A stretch of 64,000 bases of DNA from Tubiluchus corallicola. Its lineage: Eukaryota; Animalia; Priapulida. The stretch lies in contig JAQGDQ010000224.1 of the NCBI GenBank assembly GCA_030141605.1, positions 124,001-188,000 on the forward strand, in the 5' to 3' direction. Both the position numbers and the translations under genes were made by a program. Positions 44,810 to 55,000 of the stretch are shown piece after piece (the stretch's first letter is position 1; each line of letters opens with the position of its first letter). The notes under the pieces were generated by a model. That model did not search any database, was not told the origin of the DNA, and saw only the letters and a list, made by a program, of their open reading frames with translations.

Positions 44810-46636
44810 ATGAAACGTCTTTATAATTGCCTTTTGCTCTTTTTAACATTTTTGGCAGCTAGCCATGGCAGCGAAGATGTAGAACACAAACCAAAGTTAG
44901 AACTGGATACGGCTTATCTGAACGTTAACCTTACCAATGTAGACTATAATGCTGAATTGTACGCACAGTCGGTCGATTGCTACGAGTGCCCTCTGCAAGT
45001 AGTCAGTAATATTTCAAGCCACGTAATTGTCCTCGTTAATACAACTCATGCTACCAAGCTTGCTATTAACATTTTAGTAAACAACGGCACACTTTTGCCA
45101 GTTGAAACGAAAAAGTTCGGAGAGCGAGGAGAGTATGTTATATATGTGCGACAGAACGACATCGATGATGATTTTACTGTTAGCGAAATCATCACAGTAT
45201 CTGACCCCATTTTTAGTAACTTGCCTATTTTGATAGCCTTTGTCGTCTATTTAGTATTTGCTCTCTTATGGATTTGTGGGCAGTACATGCACAAGACTAA
45301 GGTGATAGACAAAATACGAGATTGCTGGCAGACAGAAAGATTAGTTAATGCTGATCTAGGCTCCCCGGCAGCAGCACCAGAGAACACCAGCACTAATGCA
45401 TCAACAGATGGAGTTTGGGAAAGCAAAACAATCGAAGAACCTATCATAATTCGTCACAAAGAGAGATTACGGTCTTTGGACACATTCAGGGGAATATCGA
45501 TAATCGTAATGATATTCGTTAACTACGGTGGTGGCAAATATTGGTTTTTCCATCACGCAAGGTGGAATGGACTCTACGTAGCTGATTTGGTATTTCCGTG
45601 GTTTATGTGGATCATGGGGCTATCTCTCATGTTTTCACTGCGTAGTCAAGTTCGCAGACATTGCAAAATGAAGCAAGTAGTGTGGAAGTTGTTGTTTCGT
45701 AGCATAAAGTTATTTTGCGCGGGAATTATTCTGAACAGTGGTCATGGCAGGAATGACTTGACCACACTACGCATTCCTGGAGTTCTACAGAGGTTCAGTT
45801 TGTGTTATCTGATAGTGTCTTTGCTGGCTTACTTGTTGTACAAGGACGGAGACCTTCACAGATCTAAGCGATGGTCGGCTGTGAGAGACGTTCTGACATA
45901 TTGGGCGCAATGGCTAGTGATGCTGGCAATCCTAGCTATCTTTATGTGTTTAACATTATTACTAGATGTCCCCGGATGCGGCAGAGGCTACCTGGGTCCC
46001 GGCGGGATCAGCAAAAATGGCACATTCCACAACTGCACAGGAGGTGCAGCGGGCTACATTGATCGGACCGTCTTGGGCACTAGTCACATGTATCCACACA
46101 ATACAGCCAGCGCGTTGTATCAAGGTGACGTGCCGTATGATCCCGAAGGAATATTAGGCACATTGTCTTCGTCCTTTCTAGTATTTCTTGGATTGCAAGC
46201 TGGAAAGATCTTGGTTTGTTTCCCGACACATCGAGGTCGAATATTAAGGTTTTTTGTGTGGAGCTTAATTTCCGGAAGTATAGCTCTCGCCCTTTGCGGC
46301 GCATCTCAGAATGATGGCTGGATCCCCATAAATAAAAACATGTGGTCCCTGTCATATATTCTATCAATGGCTTCCACAGCTTATTTACTTTTTGCCTTTT
46401 GTTATTATGTAATTGATGTAAAGTCTTGGTGGAATGGTGCACCGTTTTATCAGCCTGGTATGAATTCAATATTACTGTATATAGCAAGTAGCGTTTTATA
46501 CAACTTTTTTCCTTGGACATGGAAAGTTCACACAACAGGCCATGCAGAGCACTTGGCAATGAATCTGTGGGGCACCACTCTGTGGGTACTTTTGGCAATA
46601 TATTTACATTACAAAGAAATGTATTGGGTTATCTAG
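44810..46636 (+). CDS. HGSNAT: Heparan-alpha-glucosaminide N-acetyltransferase, copy 1 (608 aa, no coding introns, canonical active-site motif)
   Basis: Signal peptide, lumenal domain with CYEC, TM helix, TERLVNADLGSP loop, RLRSLDTFRG, FVNYGGG, HARWNGLYVADLVFPWF, RIPGVLQR, GYLGPGG, CTGGAAGYIDR, DPEGILG, PINKNMWSLS, GMNSI. Confidence 0.96.
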   Translation: MKRLYNCLLLFLTFLAASHGSEDVEHKPKLELDTAYLNVNLTNVDYNAELYAQSVDCYECPLQVVSNISSHVIVLVNTTHATKLAINILVNNGTLLPVETKKFGERGEYVIYVRQNDIDDDFTVSEIITVSDPIFSNLPILIAFVVYLVFALLWICGQYMHKTKVIDKIRDCWQTERLVNADLGSPAAAPENTSTNASTDGVWESKTIEEPIIIRHKERLRSLDTFRGISIIVMIFVNYGGGKYWFFHHARWNGLYVADLVFPWFMWIMGLSLMFSLRSQVRRHCKMKQVVWKLLFRSIKLFCAGIILNSGHGRNDLTTLRIPGVLQRFSLCYLIVSLLAYLLYKDGDLHRSKRWSAVRDVLTYWAQWLVMLAILAIFMCLTLLLDVPGCGRGYLGPGGISKNGTFHNCTGGAAGYIDRTVLGTSHMYPHNTASALYQGDVPYDPEGILGTLSSSFLVFLGLQAGKILVCFPTHRGRILRFFVWSLISGSIALALCGASQNDGWIPINKNMWSLSYILSMASTAYLLFAFCYYVIDVKSWWNGAPFYQPGMNSILLYIASSVLYNFFPWTWKVHTTGHAEHLAMNLWGTTLWVLLAIYLHYKEMYWVI

Positions 46637-48204
46637 GTGCAAATAATAGTCTTATAGCATTGCATAGTATTTGCCAAAAAACTGCATAAAATAATATGCA
46701 ACAATTCAGCATCAATGGGTGGCTTTTACAACTGAATATGAGGAAATAGCTGCACAGTATAATTATATTTATTACGTACTTTAAAAAATGGGTTCGCAAA
46801 TTAACAGAACTTTGAAATTAATCTGTTGTCTGAAGTGACATTAACTAATACTCATGCAAAAGTGAATTATGATTTACATGTGGAACTTGCTGCTTGAGAA
46901 ATCAATCTTACAGTTGAAGTGCTTAAGATTGTTTGATGGTTTGTGTCACTGTGATTGCACAATTATAAAGTTTCATAACTGTCAACTGAATTGAATTGTG
47001 AAGTGCCTGACAGCTATTGATGGTACAGTAATGCTAGGATTAATAAAATTTTGTTATTAATTCACTCATCCTATATTTATTATACTGAGCATTGATTTTA
47101 ACATGTGTAGTGGCTTTTACACATAAAGACAGTACTGGATTAAGTCATGTACGTTAGGGATTGCGGCCCAGGGACCTTGCACTACTTGCTAGTCTGATCA
47201 AAAATCTTAATCTGGTGCTGTATATTAAAGTTGGCAAAGTTATTCTATTTACCTAGTAAACACAAGTATCACGTCAAAAATATTGGTGCTAGTCTGAAAT
47301 AATCCTTCGGTCCAGATATGAATGATTGGCATGCAAGAAAGAAAATTTTGTGTTTTTTGTGATTTTACAAATTGTTAGTTATGCACTGTAAATAGAAAAG
47401 TAATAAATTATTCTGTTTATATTTCTATTTTTCGCTGTTTTGTTTCTCATTTGTAAGTAATTAAAAGATCAGAGAGAATATTATCATAATAAGACTGAAA
47501 TGCTATTGAAATGTATAAAAAAGGCAAATCCTGTTGCATGTATATGCGGATAAAACCTTCAGCCTTTATCTATACATAACTACTTGATTTCTTACGTAGG
47601 TACTTTTTACTTGCACAGATAAAATGATCAAAGTTTCTTATTTTATCAATAGTTTGCTTTTGCAACTATTTCGAGACCGAATGTACTGTAAAGCTATTAA
47701 TATTGTGCAAATACCATCTGATAACCTGATATATAGCAATGCATTAAGTGGTCTAGATTTATTTAGTGTAGTGAGTATAGTGTGACATTACAAACTCCTA
47801 GCTTTCACACATTGCGGATAATAAATGTAAATATGTTTATGGTAATAGTATCATTGATTGCAGTGTCTGAGTATGACAAGTTCTAATATCACTTGTTATG
47901 GTCTACTATATTTAATATTGTTTTTGAGATAAGCATTACGATTAACTTGGATAATTTGTTTTAAATCATTCTGAATACGTTAGAAACATTGTCAACTAGT
48001 ATCTTAGTTTAAATTTCAAAAATCTGTCATAACGCAGAAAAAAATGTAATGAATACTTTCAGTTTCGTAATGAGTACATACTCTCGATATAAGTAAGATG
48101 CATCGCAAGCACAGGCGTATCTGTTGCTATAGTTCAGCACAAGTTTGCAACATCACTGACTAACGGTGCTTATTTCTATTAATTTTCACAGCTGGCACAC
48201 CATT

Positions 48205-50181
48205 ATGCTCCGTCTTATTGTGACCAGCCTTGCTCTTTTACTGAGTGCACAAGCAAGAGTGAAAGCCACGGATCAGGGGCATGCAATTCCAGAGTTAAGG
48301 ATAGATACTGGTTATCTCACTATTAATACCACCAATGTAGAATACGTAGTAGAGCTACTTGCACAGTCAACAGATTGTTATAAATGTCCACTGCAGGTTG
48401 TTGCTAGAGTGCATCCAGGCAACAGTGAAAGTGTTGTTGTTATACTTGTGAACACGACTCATGCTACAGATCTTGCTGTAACCATTTTAGTAAATGATTC
48501 TATGTATGACGTCCCCATAGAAACTCAGGAATTTGGAGAGCGCGGCGAATACCTCCTGACAATGAGGCAGCTAAGCGCAGAGAAGTTCACAATCGATCTC
48601 GAAACACTGAAAGAGCCAATTGCAAGTAATCTGCCTATTCTAATTGCATTTGCCATTTTCTTCGTATTAGCTGTATTCTGGATTGTTGGTAAAAGGATTA
48701 GACTTGTGAAGAAATTAGTTGACAAATGGCAAAGCAAAGAAAATAGTGTTAAAAAAAGAGGAAGTTCTATTCCTGGAGAAGGTGGTGATATTGAGAAAGA
48801 AGAAAATACTCCTACCAGAACAGAAAGTACAAGTTTATCAACAAACGATGAAATCCATGATAATAACGATACCAAAATTACTCCTGCCAGAACAGTAAGT
48901 ATAAATTCATCAGCAAATGAAATCCACTGTGAAGTGGAAGAATCATCCAGTAACATGATCCACAGTAAACTGGATGAAGAATCCATTGTGATTCGGCATA
49001 AACGGCGACTGCGGTCGTTAGATGCATTCAGGGGCCTGTCTATGGTGTTTATGATATTTGTCAACTATGGTGGTGGAAGGTACTGGTTTTTTGACCATGC
49101 TCGATGGAACGGATTGTACCCGGCTTCGCTGTTATTTCCGTGGTTTATGTGGATTATGGGCTTATCTCTAATGTTCTCACTGCAAAGTCAAGTCAATAGA
49201 CAATGCAAGAAATGGCAGGTTATATGGAAGATTGTGTTTCGCAGTATAAAGTTGATTTGTGTGGGGATAATTTTGAACAGTGTCTTCTTCGGGTACGATT
49301 TATCGAAGCTTCGCATTCCCGGTGTTCTGCAACGATTTGGTTTATGCTACCTGATAGTGGGATTAGTAGCGTATGCATTTTATCAAAACCCTGATGATGA
49401 TCGATGGTCTAAGCGGTGGTCTGCTGTTAAAGACATCTTGCCTTACTGGTTAGAATGGTTAGTTATGCTGCTCATGATAGCTGTTTTCCTTTGTGTGACA
49501 TTTTTACTAGACGTCCCAGGATGCGGCAAAGGGTATCTAGGTCCCGGTGGAATAAGTGAAAATGGAACCTACTACAATTGTACGGGTGGCGCAGCAGGTT
49601 ATATAGACAGACAAGTGTTTGGTGAAGCTCACTTGTATCAATACACCACAGCACTGTGGCTGTATCAACTAGAGATACCATACGATCCAGAAGGAATTCT
49701 AGGAACACTCACATCATCCTTCCTCGTTTTTCTTGGATTGCAAGCAGGCAAGATTTTGGTTTGCTTTCCCACGCATAGTGCACGGATATTCAGATTTCTT
49801 ACCTGGGGTGTAATTTCCGGCTGTGTCGCTCTCGCGCTTTGCGGTGCTTCACTAAATGATGGCTGGATGCCAATTAACAAAAACATGTGGTCATTGTCAT
49901 TTGTACTTGCACTAGCTGCAACTGCATTTGTGTGCTTTGCTTTTTGTTACATAGTCATAGATGTTAAGTGTTGGTGGAATGGATCACCGTTTTACCAACT
50001 CGGCATGAATCCAATAGCTGTTTACATAGGCGCCCAAACGTTCTACTTCGTTTTTCCATGGCGATGGGAACCGTACAGTGTTGGACACGCTGAAATCCTA
50101 GCCATGAACATATGGGCAACAACCATATGGGTTCTCTTCGGCCATTATCTTCACATGAACAAAATGTACTTTGTTATCTAA
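48205..50181 (+). CDS. HGSNAT: HGSNAT-like paralog, copy 2 (658 aa from ATG 48205, no coding introns, divergent active-site motif)
   Basis: Same architecture and motifs as copy 1. ATG 48205 opens a signal peptide (MLRLIVTSLALLLSAQA) and follows a splice acceptor ending at 48191; the ORF-track GTG start at 48166 is unlikely. Confidence 0.93.
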   Translation: MLRLIVTSLALLLSAQARVKATDQGHAIPELRIDTGYLTINTTNVEYVVELLAQSTDCYKCPLQVVARVHPGNSESVVVILVNTTHATDLAVTILVNDSMYDVPIETQEFGERGEYLLTMRQLSAEKFTIDLETLKEPIASNLPILIAFAIFFVLAVFWIVGKRIRLVKKLVDKWQSKENSVKKRGSSIPGEGGDIEKEENTPTRTESTSLSTNDEIHDNNDTKITPARTVSINSSANEIHCEVEESSSNMIHSKLDEESIVIRHKRRLRSLDAFRGLSMVFMIFVNYGGGRYWFFDHARWNGLYPASLLFPWFMWIMGLSLMFSLQSQVNRQCKKWQVIWKIVFRSIKLICVGIILNSVFFGYDLSKLRIPGVLQRFGLCYLIVGLVAYAFYQNPDDDRWSKRWSAVKDILPYWLEWLVMLLMIAVFLCVTFLLDVPGCGKGYLGPGGISENGTYYNCTGGAAGYIDRQVFGEAHLYQYTTALWLYQLEIPYDPEGILGTLTSSFLVFLGLQAGKILVCFPTHSARIFRFLTWGVISGCVALALCGASLNDGWMPINKNMWSLSFVLALAATAFVCFAFCYIVIDVKCWWNGSPFYQLGMNPIAVYIGAQTFYFVFPWRWEPYSVGHAEILAMNIWATTIWVLFGHYLHMNKMYFVI

Positions 50182-52081
50182 GTAACAAAAGGAGGAAGAT
50201 ACAGGAATGGTTGTGTAAAAATAATATAAGTTATATGGTGAGTGAACGTAGTGGTAATATGTGCTAAACTGTAACAAATGTAACGATAATACATGTGCTA
50301 CAAGAAGGTAATTGCTACAAAATTTCCCTTCACTTCATTACCATCATTACTTGAACTACACTACGTCAAATGTACTGGTCATTTTTGAGGGACTGTTCTC
50401 ACCTAAAAATTACAAACGTTTCCAATAAATGAAAATTCTGACAACAACTCATTTTAAATCCTTGCATAAAATGGCTGAGTTTACATACAGATTAAATCAG
50501 CCCAATTTCGTTTCTCACCGTCGTGGTGTATGTTAATTTATTGTTTCGTTTAAAAACCATGTAAGAGCCTTGGAATGTTTAATGAAAAATGCTGCAGTTT
50601 ATTAACACAAGACAATTCTCACTAATCAAGATAATTTTACACTAAACTTACTCAACAGAAATCAGCCTGAAGCAAACAGTCTGAATACATTCAGTTGCCA
50701 TTATTTAGTCACATTTTTGCTGCAAACTAAGTTTAAACACATTTTTGTCCTGCCGTAATTAGCTGACATTACCATCAAGCAGAAAATGCTATAAAAATTA
50801 TATTTTAGAAGAGGTTAACAACTTGCTAAATTATTTTGAAACAGAAAAAGCAAAGTTAATATTTAACCTGTAAAATTAGGATGGATTCCTGAGTCTAGAA
50901 ACAATCGGGGGACAAAAATATTAAACAGTTTTGCCCAAGTCGCACTGTAGAAATGACTGAATAAACCATATAAGAGTGTGTGGACACTCAGTTGAGAAAA
51001 TTGCAAAAAACATGTACAATTTTTTGTCAGATAACATGCTTTGACTGCACAATTTAAACCACGAACAAATGTTTAGAAAAATAACTTTGTTAAACAAAGA
51101 GGTGATGGAATTTAATTTCAGTGCATGAGACATCGCTGCACTACACTGTAACTGACTGTTCTACATCAGTTCACTCTCATTTGTAAGTTAGATTTCAGCA
51201 CATTGGACACGGAATTTAATGTTTTAAGTAAATTCGAATCTAAGCTACATTTTTGCACATGAGACTAGGCAGTACTAGAACCTGACTGAATGTTCTATAT
51301 CAGCTTATATGCGAGTTAGATTTCAGCATACAAGATGCAGTGGCACATAATGTACTACGACACCTTGACCCTCGAACATGTACCACACCTATGAAAATGC
51401 CTGAAATGCAAAACATTAGAGCACTCTCAGGCTACAAATATAATGTTGAAATGCTTTTGTTAGAAGTCTTGCAGGTCAACACCCAACCCTCATGTATCCA
51501 GGAATTTGATGAAAATTGAAAATCTGCATTCTTACAAAAATGATCCATGGAAAACACATAGTTCCCTCTGTAAGCAAAGCTCTTATATGTTGGATATTGC
51601 CAGACTAAAACACATAATTAATCAAAATACAAAATAGAATTACAAAAATTTTCATACTTTACGAATGCCAAAATATCTATTCCAATTTCAATTTTAATAC
51701 ATCTCATAAGTTTCGTTCATTTTCACACAATGAATGAATCAGACAATTAGTAAAACGACCAATTTGCACAAATGATAAACTACAGCATACTTTTTTGAAA
51801 ACATTGTACATGTAGCACTTTTTAACTGTTGCAGAACTTGAAGAACGTAAACGTACTATATACAGCGAAATGCAGCTTGAAATGGCTATTATAAGAAATG
51901 TAATCAAACAAGATTTATGTACAATCACTGGTAGAAATTACCGTAGTGTTTGCCGCATTGGAAAGTCATGTCACTTGTTTCTGCAGCACAAATTACCAGG
52001 TAAATAATGCGCAACCAAAAACTCTAAGGCTCAAGTACCTACAATCGTCAACTTAATGGAAACAAGTTCAATGAAAATACT

Positions 52082-55000
52082 CTAACTTAACTCCATCAGA
52101 GTCGAGTCAGTAGTGCTGGCGGTGGCATCTTTCTGTATCCCCTCGAACATGTTCCACAGCTCCTGATTGGCTTTTATTTGTGCTAAAAAGTCACTCATCA
52201 GAGGGTTTTTATCTGTAATCAAAATCAATCAGACAGCTGCTGTGAATCACCGACTATTATTGAAATAAAATCAAAATTGATGAAAAGCAAACTAAGAACG
52301 TACAGATAAATGCATTTTCTGATGGTTAATCATCAATTTACTACCCAGATCCAGGTTGTTAAACTTTTCTGGCTAAACACACACCAAAAAACACTATAAT
52401 TAATAAGCTATATATGATGCTAAACAACTATGTAGTAATTACCAGCATCAGGTATTGTTAATAAAGCAGCTACAGCTCTCAATGCAGATCGCTTTAATTC
52501 GTCTTGCTTTTCATATTCCTGCTTGACGGAGTTTGCTTTTACTTTGTTCATGCAGGTGCTTTTCAGTGGTTCAACCAACCTCTCCATTCCTATAAGTAAA
52601 CAAGCAAAATGGTGTAAATAATGTCTTACTTTTCAAGAACCTGATGGACTATTACAGTTACAGTTGAAATTTCAGTAAGCAAATATCATATCATACGTTA
52701 CAGCTGCCATCTCGTAACTGTAAGCTTAAATAATCACTTCTTTCTGTGATTTAAACACTTGAACAACTTTTTCTTCTGTAAGCATTGTCAAGTTTTGGAG
52801 AATAACTAGTATTAGTGGTACTGCCGATGTAACCTACTGCTACAAAGCAATAATACCGAGAAGTATAGCCAAATTTTTGCAATTAGTTCTCGCATCTTTA
52901 TTACAATGTGGCTGAGCTTTGCTCACTAGAGAAATTTGTCCAGTACTGCTCACTAGAGAAATTCATCCAGTACTGCTCACTAGAGAAATTTATCCAGTAC
53001 TGCTCACTAGAGAAATTCGTCCAGTACTGCTCACTAGAGAAATTTGTCAAGCACCGGTCACTAGAGAAATTTGTCCAGTACTGGTCACCAGAGAAATTTG
53101 TCCACTTACGTTGCAGCACCGCACTAGGGCACAGATGTGCGAGACGTACAAGCATTAGATAAGTGAGCATCTTTATATCATAATGATCTTTCAGGCCATC
53201 TTCTACGTGGTTTAAGAATTCAAATATATCTACTCTATCCAGACATGTGTCTAGTAGCGTGTACATGCACTCGAATGCAGCCTGGAAAACAGAATGTTGC
53301 AGTTATAACTCTTTCGGGACTGTACTGTTCAAAATAAGTCTTATAAGTCTTTTCTTCAAAATAAGTCTTTTCTGCTACTATATGAGCACAGACATAACTA
53401 AGTGATTACAAATTAGGTACCATTCTACTCAGGAGAATCTTAGCTATGCAATCATGCTATTTGTTTAAACATTTATAAGTGATTTAATTGGATAAAATTA
53501 AGAGAAACAGATTTAATTTGATAAAATTAAAAAGACATGCCCTTTTCAGGCACTCCAACTTAGACTATTGAGTAGTTTAGTCTGGTGTACACTCGCATGA
53601 TCGTACACACTATTTTATTCATCACCAGCTTGCTACAGCCCAAGAGAACCGGCTGCTGTACAGAATTCCAGGAAAAGCCAAGTGATCATCAATTTTCTGC
53701 CATCAATTTTCTGTGTATCAATTTTACACAAGTGATACTGTACATTGTCACAGTGCACGTGCTGTAGTTACTGAAAGCTTTTCTTAATTTTTTCGTCAAA
53801 AGTCAATTTTAATTTGTTTGAGGTAAGCAAGTGCATTTCATATATAATTTTGCATGAAAATCCATTGTGTGAGGAGTAGAAACTTACAAAATTATCCAAT
53901 ATAATATTATCTCTGCTTAGTGAGAGCAGTTTTTCATTATGCCATGCAAAATACAGCAAGTACTTACGGTCCTGAAGGAGTTAAATTCAATGCAGTTTAT
54001 TGCTGCACTGACTCAACAGGCATCCTGAGAAGTAATTTACATAAATTTTCCAAACGTTTTTAATTACATCAATAGCAAATAAACTGAATACCTAAAAAAA
54101 CTTTTCTTAATGCATTTCAGAATGAACACAAAAACTGTGCTCAAATAACAAGTTTGCCAGCCATCTTTAAAAATGCCCACGTTTAAATTGCATAAAAGAC
54201 AAAAGCAAAAATGGGAATTAAATTTGTTCTTGTCGCTAGTGTGATATTAAGTAATACATGGCAAATAAAAATGGGAATTAAATTTCTTCTTGTCGCTAGT
54301 GTGATACTCAGTAATACATGGCAAATTGAAAAGTGGAGGTAAAAATGGAAAGTGGTGTATGTTCAAGATGGTTGCTAAGATGACCACCAAACATCAGTTG
54401 AAAATTTCTTATGCTTTAAATTACACAGGAAAGACTTATGTATCTATAATCAGGTTATTTAGCTAAAGGAATTCAATTATTTATCACAGTACAGTGGCCT
54501 TAAGCTCCTTTTTGAAATTTAAGATGCCTGCTATTAATTTACCTTTCGAATGTCTAGCCCGTCGTCAACCGTATGTTTAAATGGACCCATTTCAACTTCA
54601 CGAATCAACTCTTTCTACAAAAAAATAGTACAGTTAAGTCCTCATTTAACGATAATAAGATGTGTAAAATATGTTGGCTTTACATGAGCTAAAACATTAG
54701 AGAAAATTTGCTCTATTGTATCACTGTGGAGCTTCAAGAACAACAACATCCAGATGAGTACCGATTTGGGTCGAGTACACACATGCATCTGAATCAATTT
54801 GAATTTAATTTTCTTGTTTAGCTCAAAACACATAACTTTAGTACTTAACACAAAAGAAAGGTAACTGTATTTTACTAGCTAACGTCTCTTACATATTTTT
54901 TTACAATTACATGCATCAAACAGGTCTACACGTGAAGTGATACTTTGTAGAAATTTGAAGGCTAAGTGAAGGGGTAACATACAGGACACATGAAGATATT

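Noticed and set aside
46080-46598. Antisense ORFs over the HGSNAT genes (also 48525-49064)
   Set aside because: Shadow ORFs of the real coding strand with no recognisable motifs.
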